IMG/VR virus record: IMGVR_UViG_3300031963_000096
Direction: 5' to 3' (one strand)
Length of the DNA: 64,000 nt
Source of the DNA: an uncultured virus (IMG/VR IMGVR_UViG_3300031963_000096)
Taxonomy: Duplodnaviria > Heunggongvirae > Uroviricota > Caudoviricetes
Part shown: positions 46,736 to 57,334 of the stretch, piece by piece
Position numbering within the stretch: position 1 is the stretch's first letter
Layout: every line of letters begins with the position of its first letter
Translations under genes and position numbers: made by a program
The notes under the pieces: model-generated
What the model saw: only the letters and a program-made list of their open reading frames with translations
What the model was told of the DNA's origin: nothing
Databases searched by the model: none

Positions 46736-49542
46736 TGGAACAATTACTCACTTCTACATTAGTTGAAAAACAACTTCCTGAATTTGTAAGGGAAGAATAT
46801 CCAAAATTTGTTAATTTTTTGGAAAAGTATTATCAATGGTTACAAACAAATAATCAGATTTTAAAAGCAGTTCAATCTTTTTCAGATTCTAAAGATATAG
46901 ATCTTGCTTCTGATTTTTATTTAAATATCATAAAAACAGAATTAACTCCATATTTTCCAGAAGAAATACTTCTTGATAAATCAAAATTATTAAAATTTGT
47001 TGGTCAATACTATAGATCAAAAGGTACTCCCGATTCTGTAAAATTTTTATTTAAAATTCTTTATAATGAAGATATAGAAATTTATTATCCAAAAGAAGAA
47101 ATTTTAAAAACTTCTGATGGTAAATGGGTTTTACCTTTAGCCTTACGAGTTGATACTGATGATGAAAATATTTTTAATATTGTTGGTACAAAAATTACAG
47201 GATCTATATCAAAATCTACGGCAATTGTAGAAAGTGTGACACGATCAATTGATAGACAATTAGGTATTGAGTATGTTGAATTGTTTATTTCTAATATTAA
47301 AAAGTTATTTCAAACTGGAGAAATAGTTCAAGCAAGTTATTATGATGATGATAATAATAAAATTGATGTTAGTGCAAGATTAATTGGTTCTTTATCTGAA
47401 ATAAAAATTAATCCAGAATTTAGAGGTTTATTTTATACTGCATTTGATCCTGAAACGGGTTATCAAGGAGATCCAGTCAGTATAGTTGGCGGTTTAAATC
47501 CTGTACCGCCTTCAGGATTAACACCAATTGGTGCTATAGCGACCGTTGGTGAAGTTACTAAAGGTTCTATTATTCAAGTTCAAGTTGTCAATGGTGGATT
47601 TGGTTTTAGAGATCCTACAATACAAAATTCTTCTTTAGTAGACTTTGTTGGAGGATTTAAAGATACAATTTTAGGACAAGAATCAAGAGCTACAATACAA
47701 CTTCTTGATCAAAGTACACATAGATTAGTAAATGTAAGTAATGTTGCTATAGAAACAATATATTCTTTAACTTTAGATGGTGCTGCAAATACAAGTAATA
47801 TTGAAAATTGTCAAATTAATTTTGTTACAACAACTCAAACACTAAATGTTTTTCCAATTTCATTTGTTTCAACAGACGGTTCTGGAGGTGGTTATAAATC
47901 ATTACCTGAATCTTTTTTCTACAGTTTTTACTTAGAAGATAATGATGATCTTTTGGTCATAGATTCTACTGTTGCTATTAGAGACACTAGAGTATTAAGT
48001 GATTTCGACCAAGATTTAACTCTATCATTTGAAAAAGGTGATTTAATCAGATTGTTTTTAAATAATAAGTATGAAGAAATTAGAATAATTGAAAGTGTTT
48101 CAACAAATTCTATTACACTTGAAGGTTCTAATTTTGAAAATGATATTGTTGGATTAAGTGTATATAAACTTTTAAGACGGCCAATAAATGATGTTGGTGC
48201 TCTTGGAAGAATAGAAATAACAAATGGCGGAGAAAATTATAACGTTGGTGATTATTTAATTTTTACAGGTGGTTCAGGATATGGAGCTAATGCACAAATT
48301 TCTGAAGTACATTTAGCAAACAATGGTATAAAATCTGTTGTATTTAATGACTCAGGCACACTTATAAAAGGTGGAGAAGGATACACACAAGATTCTTTAC
48401 CTTTAATTACCATCAATAGTACAACAGGTGCGAACTCTCAACTATTTGTAAGAGAAATATTAGGTGATGGTGTCGATGTTAATTTATTTACAACTCGAAT
48501 TGGTTCAATAACAAAACTACGCATTATAAGTTACGGTTACGATTATGTAGAGGCACCAACAATTTCGTTAAGAAACGCTGATCTCGTTGTGTCAAATGTA
48601 ACAGAAGGCCAGCTTTTCGTTTCGAATACAGTTATTTACCAAGGTGAATCGAGTAGCAATACTACCTTTAATGCCCGAGTTGAAAGGTATGAGCCATCAA
48701 GTGGACTACTAAGAATCTTTAATTACCGTGGTTCTTTAAATATTGCACTACCAATTACATCAAATACCATTCCAGTCGTAACTGCTAATGTTTCATCGGT
48801 TGTTTATTATGGTGATGGAAAAGCTCGAGCAACTGCAAAATTTGAAAACGGACTTATTCGTTATCCAGGCATCTATTTAAATACAGATGGGCAACCAAGT
48901 TCAGACAAGAAACTACAGGATGATGAGAAATACCATAATTATTCATACTTAATAAAAACAGAGAACGATTATAGTAAGTTCAAAAAATCTCTTAATGAAA
49001 TTGTTCATCCATTAGGAACTAAAACTTTAGTTACTCGCATAAATTCAAATGTAGAAGATGTTACAGATCCAGAAATTACTTCAATTCATTTGTCCAGAAA
49101 AACAATGGCTAACACCTTTAATGTAGTTTCTGGATCAAATAATATGGTTGCAACTGGTTCTACTCCTGATTTAGCAAATGTGGTAAACATTGGTGACATG
49201 GTAATTTTGACCAATCTTTATAAAGCAACTAACGGTACTATCAATGTAACACCTTCATCAAATGTGGTTACTGGTAATAATACTACATTTATTAATGATC
49301 TTCAAGATGGAGATACAATTTATATTAGTACAGGCAATACTGGATTAGTATCATCTATTTCCAACACAACATCATTGGTTTTTGGTAACACTATAAATGT
49401 TACTGCAACTGGTCAAACAATCAATTTGATTTTCGATTCAGTCAAAACTGTCACTTTCGTTAATGCAAATACCATTATTGTTTCTGGAACATTCGAAGTT
49501 ACTTCTAATTTAGTTACTACAATTCTTCAAAAAATCGAATAA
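46735..49542 (+). CDS. 7: Baseplate wedge gp7-like
   Basis: QLPEFVREEYP.F..FL..YY, YRSKGT, LQD..KYHNYSY.IK, HPLG; between genes 6 and 8. Confidence 0.75.
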   Translation: MEQLLTSTLVEKQLPEFVREEYPKFVNFLEKYYQWLQTNNQILKAVQSFSDSKDIDLASDFYLNIIKTELTPYFPEEILLDKSKLLKFVGQYYRSKGTPDSVKFLFKILYNEDIEIYYPKEEILKTSDGKWVLPLALRVDTDDENIFNIVGTKITGSISKSTAIVESVTRSIDRQLGIEYVELFISNIKKLFQTGEIVQASYYDDDNNKIDVSARLIGSLSEIKINPEFRGLFYTAFDPETGYQGDPVSIVGGLNPVPPSGLTPIGAIATVGEVTKGSIIQVQVVNGGFGFRDPTIQNSSLVDFVGGFKDTILGQESRATIQLLDQSTHRLVNVSNVAIETIYSLTLDGAANTSNIENCQINFVTTTQTLNVFPISFVSTDGSGGGYKSLPESFFYSFYLEDNDDLLVIDSTVAIRDTRVLSDFDQDLTLSFEKGDLIRLFLNNKYEEIRIIESVSTNSITLEGSNFENDIVGLSVYKLLRRPINDVGALGRIEITNGGENYNVGDYLIFTGGSGYGANAQISEVHLANNGIKSVVFNDSGTLIKGGEGYTQDSLPLITINSTTGANSQLFVREILGDGVDVNLFTTRIGSITKLRIISYGYDYVEAPTISLRNADLVVSNVTEGQLFVSNTVIYQGESSSNTTFNARVERYEPSSGLLRIFNYRGSLNIALPITSNTIPVVTANVSSVVYYGDGKARATAKFENGLIRYPGIYLNTDGQPSSDKKLQDDEKYHNYSYLIKTENDYSKFKKSLNEIVHPLGTKTLVTRINSNVEDVTDPEITSIHLSRKTMANTFNVVSGSNNMVATGSTPDLANVVNIGDMVILTNLYKATNGTINVTPSSNVVTGNNTTFINDLQDGDTIYISTGNTGLVSSISNTTSLVFGNTINVTATGQTINLIFDSVKTVTFVNANTIIVSGTFEVTSNLVTTILQKIE

Positions 49543-49550
49543 ATAGACCC

Positions 49551-50891
49551 ATGGCTTCCTTACTCACCTATCAATTTTCAACACTTTTAGCGGAAAGTAT
49601 ATACAATTTACTTGATGTAAGTGCTAATTCTTACCTACCTTTAAACAGAAGATCTTATGTTTTCGTCACTTTAGGTAAAGAAACACCGTGGAATGCTGGA
49701 ACAGAAGTTGCTCCTACTCCAGGCCAATCGATACAGAATCTTAATTCTTATTATGATAGAGCTATGGTTGCTAAGAGAGTAAGTCAAGAAAATGCATCAT
49801 TCGTAGTACCAAGAGTAAATTGGACTGCAAACACATTATATACATTTGCTGCTTGTGGAGTATGCCCAGCAGGAACACCATTTTATGTTTTAAATTCAAA
49901 AGATCAAGTTTTTAAATGTCTTTGGAACAACGGCGGTACAAATTCTAATACTGAGCCGCAACTTTCATTGTCATCCACATCTTTAGAAGAACCATTTTTT
50001 AAAACACCTGATGGTTATAAATGGAAGTATCTTTTCACATTAACCTCACAACAAAAACAAAAATTTTTAACACAAGATTTTATGCCTGTTAGTTTTAACA
50101 GGTTCGTTCGAGCTGCAGCCGTGAACAGGAGTATTGATATAGTAAGAGTTACTAATCAAGGGAATAATTATGTAGACGGTACAGTACAAGATATTATCAC
50201 AGTAAGTGGTGATGGAACAGATGCCGTTTTAAAAGCTAATGTGGCAAATGGTAAAATAATTGATATAGTTGTTCAAAATAGAGGTTCTGATTATACAAAA
50301 GCTAATCTAAGTTTTTCTGACGTTGCTGGTGGTATTGGTACGGCCGCAGCTGCTGAAGTGGTATTATCACCACAAAATGGCCATGGATTTGATCCAATTG
50401 AAGAATTATATGCAAATACAATAATGTTTAATGTTGATTTTGATGGATCAGAGAATGGTGTTTTTCCAACAGACAATGAATATCGTGAAGTTACTCTATT
50501 AAAAAATCCTTATGAATTTGCAACTACTGAATTGGCTGGAGATTCTTTGTACACCATGTATACAAAAATTAAAGTTTCTCCAGGTGTAGGAGATTTTAAT
50601 AATGATGAGATAGTTTTTCAAGGAGTTAGTTTAGCCACTTCAACATTTAGTGCTGATGTTATTTCTTTTGATGAATTACAGAATTTATTGTATGTAAACA
50701 ATATAAGAGGATCTTTATCAACAAACCAACCGATCAAAGGTCAAACAAGTGGTGCTATTCGAGTAGCTATAAATAAAACGGATCCAACATTAGAATTATA
50801 CACAGGCAAAATTTTATATGTTTCAAATCAAACACCTGTTACAAGAGATGATGACCAGTTAGACAGAATAAGATTTACATTAAAGTTTTAG
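49551..50891 (+). CDS. 8: Baseplate wedge gp8
   Basis: VVPRVNW, FYVLNS..QVFKCL.N, DGYKWKYLFT, SPQNGHG. Confidence 0.88.
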   Translation: MASLLTYQFSTLLAESIYNLLDVSANSYLPLNRRSYVFVTLGKETPWNAGTEVAPTPGQSIQNLNSYYDRAMVAKRVSQENASFVVPRVNWTANTLYTFAACGVCPAGTPFYVLNSKDQVFKCLWNNGGTNSNTEPQLSLSSTSLEEPFFKTPDGYKWKYLFTLTSQQKQKFLTQDFMPVSFNRFVRAAAVNRSIDIVRVTNQGNNYVDGTVQDIITVSGDGTDAVLKANVANGKIIDIVVQNRGSDYTKANLSFSDVAGGIGTAAAAEVVLSPQNGHGFDPIEELYANTIMFNVDFDGSENGVFPTDNEYREVTLLKNPYEFATTELAGDSLYTMYTKIKVSPGVGDFNNDEIVFQGVSLATSTFSADVISFDELQNLLYVNNIRGSLSTNQPIKGQTSGAIRVAINKTDPTLELYTGKILYVSNQTPVTRDDDQLDRIRFTLKF

Positions 50892-50899
50892 AGGAATAA

Positions 50900-53800
50900 A
50901 TGACAACTTTTTTTAATTACGACCCATATTTTGACGATTTTGATGAAGATAAGAACTACATGCGAGTTCTTTTTAGACCTGGATATTCTGTCCAGGCTAG
51001 AGAATTAACTCAATTACAAACCATACTTCAAAATCAAATTGAAAAATTTGGTAACCATATTTTCAAAAATGGAAGTCCAATAACTGGTGGTAAAATTTCT
51101 TTAGATGACAGAGCATTTTATTTAATTCTCAATAGTCAATATGAAAATGAAGATATTGATGTATCTTTATTTTTAGATAAAACTATTATAAGTTATAATT
51201 CTTCTAAAACAGTAAGAGCAAAAGTTATTGCTGTTGATGACACCACAACAAATCCTATTCTCATTTTAAAGTATTTAAGTGCCGATTTTTTCAATGAAGA
51301 AGATGAAATCAAAATATTTGGTCAAAATATTTTTGCTCAAGTAAAAGATACAAGTGCGGTAGGTCGTTCTTACGTTGCAAGTATACAAGACGGTGTTTAC
51401 TATTTTAAAGGTAATTTTGTTAAAATAGTACCTCAGTTTTTAGTGCTTGAACTTTTTTATAAGGTAGGTTATAACGCAACAACAATTAATAAAAAACCAA
51501 CTTATAAAGTAGGTATCGAATTCGAAGAAAATATTGTAGATGAGATTGACGATACCACATTATTAGATCCAGCTCAAGGTGCTTCAAATTATCAAGCACC
51601 TGGCGCAACACGTTATGAAATTGCTACTCGATTATCAAAAAGAACTTTAGACTCAGCTGACGAATCTTCATTTTTTGAAGTTATTCGCCTTGTTGATGGA
51701 GTTAAAACAAAAGAAATTGATTATCCAGTTTATAGTGAGATTGAAAAAACTCTTGCTAGAAGAACATTTGAAGAATCTGGTAATTATACTGTAGATCCAT
51801 TTGTTCTTTCTTTAGAAGAAGAAGCTTATGATGCGAACAACACTTTAGATTCAAATTCATTTACGGCGGTATTAGATCCAGGTAAAGCATATGTCGGTGG
51901 TTACGAAGTTCAAACTATTGCTCCAACTAGAATTCAAATACCAAGAGCACGACAAACATCTAATGTTTCAGATTATGATTTACCAACAAACTATTCTAGT
52001 TTTGTCGTTTTAGCTAATACAACTGGAACATTAGATATTTCTTCTTTTCCTGAATTAGATATTCATTGTACTCCACATACAACAATTGATTTTAGTTCTA
52101 CGAATGCTTATAATTCAACAAAAATTGGAACATTAAGAGCTAATATGATGAAGTATAATGATGCTTCTTCATCAGTTCTTGGAAGTACTCATACATTTAC
52201 AGTAAATGTTTTTGATGTGTCGTCAAAACCAATTACAGGAACAGTTTTAACGGTAGGATCTACAAATACAGTTATTGAATTAGATGCTGCTACGTCAACA
52301 GGATCACAGGCAAATTGTTATGCAAATATGTACTTTAGAATTACTGATGGTGCTGGACAATTTTTAGCTCCAATTTTAATTAGAGAGTCTAATAGTATAT
52401 CACAAACAGTTACATTGTCGCAAGCTTTACCTTTTATTCCTTCATCAAACACATATTCTATTGAATCAGATTTTAAAGTTGCTAGATCGATTTCGCAAAA
52501 ATCAGGTTCTTCAAAAATCTTTGCAGCAGATGTTGGAAGTGATTCGAAAGATTCTACAACTGGTTTTTCTTTTATTACTGAACCAACAAAAACAAGTTTA
52601 GTATTTGATACACCATTTGAATCTATGAAATCAGGTAGTATTTCTAATTTTGATTTTTATGCTCGAAAATTATATTCTGATAATTTGTCAGACGGTACAG
52701 GTCAAATGACGATCTCAACAACAGGTACAGATACATTTGATTTTGCTGGTTCACCTGGTACATTGTCTGACAACCAAATATTAAACAACATTATTTGCTT
52801 TATCAGATACAATTCAACATCAAATTCTACTTCTGGAATAGCACCAAATACGGTCGTAAGTTTAGCTAATAACTTATTTACTGTTACAGCAATAAGTAAT
52901 ACTTCAATTACTGTTGATTTTGATACTGCCGGTGTTAGAGCAGATTTTATCATCACAACTAAAGTAAACAATGCAGAAAACGGTACTACAGGTGCGATTC
53001 GTGGAAAACAACTGTTACCACTTTCAAACACTTCACATGAAAAAGTACCTTACAATTTAGATACGGCTGGAGACTCATTAGATTTTGCAAATACTGGTAG
53101 TGTAATAAACATTACAGATGGTTTAGTATTTGAAGATATAGGTGCAACATTTATTAATGGCGCCAATACAATCGCACAACTTAAAACTCCTGGCACAGTT
53201 GTAAGCTTACAAGTACCTGACATTTATGAAATCGTCAGAATTACTGATTCAAAATCCACAACAACGAATGTAACAACTGCAATGTTGACAAATGATGACC
53301 ATGATGTTACAAGTCACTACGAATTCGATAATGGTCAAAGAAAAACTCATTACGATCACGCAACAATAAAATTAAAAAGAGGATATAGTTCACCAACAGG
53401 TTCTTCTTTATTGATTCAATACAAATATTTAAAACATCAAGCGGCACCATCACCACAAAATGAAGGTTTATTTACTGTTGATTCTTATTTAAAAACAGGA
53501 TCTAATTTTACATATAATGAAATGTCTAAGTTTTTAAGTAATGAAGATGGTAAATTAATTTCTCTACGTTCATGTTTAGATTTTAGACCTACTAGAACGA
53601 TTGCTTCTAATACTTTTTTTGGTGCTGTAAATGTTGACCCAGATAGAACAGCAGAACTTTCTTTTGAATATTACCTTAGTAGAATTGACCGACTTGTTGT
53701 TAAACCGTCAAAAGAATTTTCTGTTTTGTCAGGCAAATCTGCTGTATCACCAATTCCTCCACCTGTGGATACTAATGATATGTTGATTTATACGTTAGAT

Positions 53801-56800
53801 ATTCCTCCGTATACTGAAACAGTTAAAGAAATAAAAGCAGAATTTAAAAACAATAAAAGATTTACAATGAATGATATTGGATCTTTTGAAAAGAGAATCA
53901 AAGGTCTAGAATATTATGTTGCATTAACTTCGTTAGAAAAAAATGCAGCTGACTCAAAAGTATTAGATGCTGATGGATTAGAAAGATCTAAGTACGGCAT
54001 TTTAGTTGATAACTTTACTAATCGTGATGTTCAATCAACATATGGTGATGTTGGATTTGATAACAGAAACCTTATTGAAGAAGGCGAACTGAAACCTGCA
54101 TCTTTAATGAGAACTTTTAAAATGAAATGGTCATCTGCCAATTCATCAGGTTCTTATGCGGCTATTGGTGTAAATGACCAAAAGTCTTTGATGTTGAATT
54201 ATACAACAAGTTCTTTTGCTTCGCAACCATATGCCACCAAATTTGTACCTGTCGCAAATGCTTTATTTGCTAATTTTAAAGGTACAATGAGATTATTTCC
54301 AGAATATACAGGTGATGTAGATACTGGACATACTGCCAGAGTAACATTAAACTCTACTCAAGGTTTAGATAATGCTTTTAATTTTATTAATGAAGCATTT
54401 AAATTTATTTCTGATCAAAATCCAACATGGGTAAATGATAAAGACAATCCTTTTGCTAAAGTAGTTGATACTAAATGGTTTGAGACCGTAACAACAGTAG
54501 ATAACAGTACAGTACAATTAGGTCGCAGAGAATTTGGTAATTTACAAACTACAACAGATAGAGTTTATATCTCAAAAGGTGCTGAATTAAACATGAAACA
54601 AATCAGTAGTTCAACATCGCAAGTTGATGTTGGTACTTTTGTTACTGATTTAGCAATTCAGCCATATTTAAAACCAAGAGATATTACTTTTACAGCATCT
54701 TCATTAAAACCTAATGCAAGATACTATGCATTTTTTGATGGTGTTAATATCGACCAATACGTTGTAGTACCATCAAAAATTAAAGTTCTTTCAGGTGTTA
54801 ATTCAAATTCCGTATTCATTTCTGGTGAATTAGCTATTATTGCTAATAATGGTACAGAGTTAAACAGTTTTATAGCGTCTTATCAAAGTGGTGGTACATC
54901 ATATAGAATGGTTGTTGTTACGAATAGTGAAAGAGGTTCATCAAATGTTAGTGTTGTAAACGAAACAGGATTAGCTTTAACAGGCAGTAAAGTTATTTGG
55001 GGTGTAGACAGCAAATCAGTATATGGTATTGATTCTGTATTAGAACATAAATCAGGATTAACTAGAGGTATAACTTCTAGTACAATAACTTTGGCACCAG
55101 ATGCACCTTCTGTAAATATTGCTGGAAATACAATAACATTTGTTCATAGATCTGGAAGTTCTGATGGTTATGGAGCTGTTTATAATGTTATTGCTTATAA
55201 CACTTCTACAAAAGTGGCAACAATTCAAGAAACAACATCTTCTGTTGAACAATCTTCTACTTGGGTTTACAGTATCGGTGTTAATAGAGCAAATAAGTTA
55301 GGACAAGTTTCGGGAGTATTTTATCCTCCTGCAGCTACATTTAGAAACGGTGAAAGAGTTTTACGTTTAACAGAATCATTTAATAACACTTATGATGAAG
55401 ATGCAATTTCGTTTGCTGAAAAATCATATGTTTCTTCTGGCATAAAAGTAAATAAAACTAATCTTGTAAATACAGTTTATAATGTTGATGTTGGTGTTAA
55501 ATTTGTCGGAAATGCATCTTCACCATTATTGCAATCTACAGCTGTTAGGCAAGAAATTACTTCAACGTGGCGTGTTGATCCAATGGCTCAAACATTCTTC
55601 ATTGATCCTGAAGTTTATCCAAATGGTTTATTTGTTGAGAATGTTAAATTATTTTTTGCAAACAAAGATGAGGACAATATTCCTGTAAGTGTTCAAATAA
55701 GACCTACGGTTAATGGATTACCATCTTCTGACTTTATTTACCCAGAGTCTATTGTTACAAAATATCCATTTGAAGTAAATACAACTACAAGTCCAAATTT
55801 CAATTCATCTTCAAATTATACTAAATTTACTTTTGCATCTCCTGTTTTCTTAAAGGCAGGTTTATATGCTCTTGTTGTTTTAACAGACAGTCCTTCTTAC
55901 TCACTTTGGGTTGCTGAAAAAGGAGCCACCACGACAGGTAACCAATATGTGTCCGTAAATCCATATGTTGGTACATTGTATAAATCTCAAAATGCAATGG
56001 AATATGTACCTTACTTAAATGAAGATTTGATGTTTGATATGGATCGTTGCATATTCTCAAGTTCACCTGCAACATTTATTTTAGAAAATGAAAGACAGAG
56101 TGCAAAATATAATATTGATAAATTCAGATTAATAACTAGACAATTAGAAACTCAATCTGATACACCATTTACAATTGATTATAAGTTTAAATCAAAAATG
56201 GCAGGTGGTGCAAAAGAAACTGCTTATAGAGATCTAATCCCATTCGTCACATATTCTATGGGTGATGATGATTTATATACTGTAGGCAATAGAAGAAAAG
56301 ATATAGAAAATCAAGGAGATTTTTCAGTATCTTTAACTATCTCAACAACAGACAATGCTGTTTCACCACTCGTTTCACTTGAAAGCATTTTTCTAAATGC
56401 TTGGGAAAACTTTGTTGATAATGCTGAAATTACTGTAGATGATTTTAATATTATTACACCAGGAGGTGGTTATTCTAACAGTAATGTCGTGACAATTACT
56501 TCAAATACTGGAACAGGAGCTCTTGTTTACTTAGTAACAAACGGTGCTCAAGGTAATGTTATTGGATTAAATGTTGCTTCTTCTGGTTCTGGTTATTATG
56601 ATGATTTTTCTATATCTGTACCCGGAACAGGATTTGGCACAATTACTTCAAATGCTGAAATTGTTCTTAATTCTGAATACGACAGTAGTGGTGGCCCATG
56701 TTTAGCAAGGTATATTACTAAACCAATTACTTTGGCAGATGGATTTGATGCTGGTGATTTGCGAGTATTTTTATCTGCAAATCGAAGAGGTGTTTCTGAT

Positions 56801-57097
56801 ATCCATGTATATTATAAAATACTTTCTGGATCTGATTCCACAACATTTAAAGACCGTCCATATCAAAAGATGGAATGTTTTAACCCATCTACAACCGCAT
56901 CTCTAACAGAAGATGATTTTAGAGAGTTTGAATATAGGCCGTCATTAACTTCTGATTCGGTAACATATACTTCAACAAATGGTGGTACATTTGATTCGTT
57001 TAAAACATTTGCTATTAAAATTGTTTTAACAACAAGTGATCCATCAATTGTTCCAAAAGTAAAAGATTTTCGTGTAATTGCTTTACCATCAGGTTAA
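50900..57097 (+). CDS. Very large virion structural protein (DUF4815/VrlC-like)
   Basis: PYFDDFD..KNY.RVLFRPG..VQARELTQLQ, LARRTFEESGNY.V, DPMAQTF; 2065 aa. Confidence 0.8.
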   Translation: MTTFFNYDPYFDDFDEDKNYMRVLFRPGYSVQARELTQLQTILQNQIEKFGNHIFKNGSPITGGKISLDDRAFYLILNSQYENEDIDVSLFLDKTIISYNSSKTVRAKVIAVDDTTTNPILILKYLSADFFNEEDEIKIFGQNIFAQVKDTSAVGRSYVASIQDGVYYFKGNFVKIVPQFLVLELFYKVGYNATTINKKPTYKVGIEFEENIVDEIDDTTLLDPAQGASNYQAPGATRYEIATRLSKRTLDSADESSFFEVIRLVDGVKTKEIDYPVYSEIEKTLARRTFEESGNYTVDPFVLSLEEEAYDANNTLDSNSFTAVLDPGKAYVGGYEVQTIAPTRIQIPRARQTSNVSDYDLPTNYSSFVVLANTTGTLDISSFPELDIHCTPHTTIDFSSTNAYNSTKIGTLRANMMKYNDASSSVLGSTHTFTVNVFDVSSKPITGTVLTVGSTNTVIELDAATSTGSQANCYANMYFRITDGAGQFLAPILIRESNSISQTVTLSQALPFIPSSNTYSIESDFKVARSISQKSGSSKIFAADVGSDSKDSTTGFSFITEPTKTSLVFDTPFESMKSGSISNFDFYARKLYSDNLSDGTGQMTISTTGTDTFDFAGSPGTLSDNQILNNIICFIRYNSTSNSTSGIAPNTVVSLANNLFTVTAISNTSITVDFDTAGVRADFIITTKVNNAENGTTGAIRGKQLLPLSNTSHEKVPYNLDTAGDSLDFANTGSVINITDGLVFEDIGATFINGANTIAQLKTPGTVVSLQVPDIYEIVRITDSKSTTTNVTTAMLTNDDHDVTSHYEFDNGQRKTHYDHATIKLKRGYSSPTGSSLLIQYKYLKHQAAPSPQNEGLFTVDSYLKTGSNFTYNEMSKFLSNEDGKLISLRSCLDFRPTRTIASNTFFGAVNVDPDRTAELSFEYYLSRIDRLVVKPSKEFSVLSGKSAVSPIPPPVDTNDMLIYTLDIPPYTETVKEIKAEFKNNKRFTMNDIGSFEKRIKGLEYYVALTSLEKNAADSKVLDADGLERSKYGILVDNFTNRDVQSTYGDVGFDNRNLIEEGELKPASLMRTFKMKWSSANSSGSYAAIGVNDQKSLMLNYTTSSFASQPYATKFVPVANALFANFKGTMRLFPEYTGDVDTGHTARVTLNSTQGLDNAFNFINEAFKFISDQNPTWVNDKDNPFAKVVDTKWFETVTTVDNSTVQLGRREFGNLQTTTDRVYISKGAELNMKQISSSTSQVDVGTFVTDLAIQPYLKPRDITFTASSLKPNARYYAFFDGVNIDQYVVVPSKIKVLSGVNSNSVFISGELAIIANNGTELNSFIASYQSGGTSYRMVVVTNSERGSSNVSVVNETGLALTGSKVIWGVDSKSVYGIDSVLEHKSGLTRGITSSTITLAPDAPSVNIAGNTITFVHRSGSSDGYGAVYNVIAYNTSTKVATIQETTSSVEQSSTWVYSIGVNRANKLGQVSGVFYPPAATFRNGERVLRLTESFNNTYDEDAISFAEKSYVSSGIKVNKTNLVNTVYNVDVGVKFVGNASSPLLQSTAVRQEITSTWRVDPMAQTFFIDPEVYPNGLFVENVKLFFANKDEDNIPVSVQIRPTVNGLPSSDFIYPESIVTKYPFEVNTTTSPNFNSSSNYTKFTFASPVFLKAGLYALVVLTDSPSYSLWVAEKGATTTGNQYVSVNPYVGTLYKSQNAMEYVPYLNEDLMFDMDRCIFSSSPATFILENERQSAKYNIDKFRLITRQLETQSDTPFTIDYKFKSKMAGGAKETAYRDLIPFVTYSMGDDDLYTVGNRRKDIENQGDFSVSLTISTTDNAVSPLVSLESIFLNAWENFVDNAEITVDDFNIITPGGGYSNSNVVTITSNTGTGALVYLVTNGAQGNVIGLNVASSGSGYYDDFSISVPGTGFGTITSNAEIVLNSEYDSSGGPCLARYITKPITLADGFDAGDLRVFLSANRRGVSDIHVYYKILSGSDSTTFKDRPYQKMECFNPSTTASLTEDDFREFEYRPSLTSDSVTYTSTNGGTFDSFKTFAIKIVLTTSDPSIVPKVKDFRVIALPSG

Positions 57098-57098
57098 T

Positions 57099-57326
57099 AT
57101 GAAAATACCTGTAAAAGGAACAAACTTTGTTAAAGACACATCAAGTGGTGCTCTTTTAACGGTGAATCGTGGAGTTTTGTTAGAAAATGAAGCCAGATTA
57201 CGTTTGAAATCAAAATTAAATTCAAAAAATGATGAAATAAATAATTTAAAAATTCAAGTGGATTCTTTAAATAAAGATATTGGTGAAATAAAAAATATGT
57301 TACAACAGTTAATTAAGAGAGATTAA
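57099..57326 (+). CDS. Small coiled-coil protein
   Basis: Follows the large structural gene; C-terminal heptads. Confidence 0.6.
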   Translation: MKIPVKGTNFVKDTSSGALLTVNRGVLLENEARLRLKSKLNSKNDEINNLKIQVDSLNKDIGEIKNMLQQLIKRD

Positions 57327-57334
57327 AGTACCAA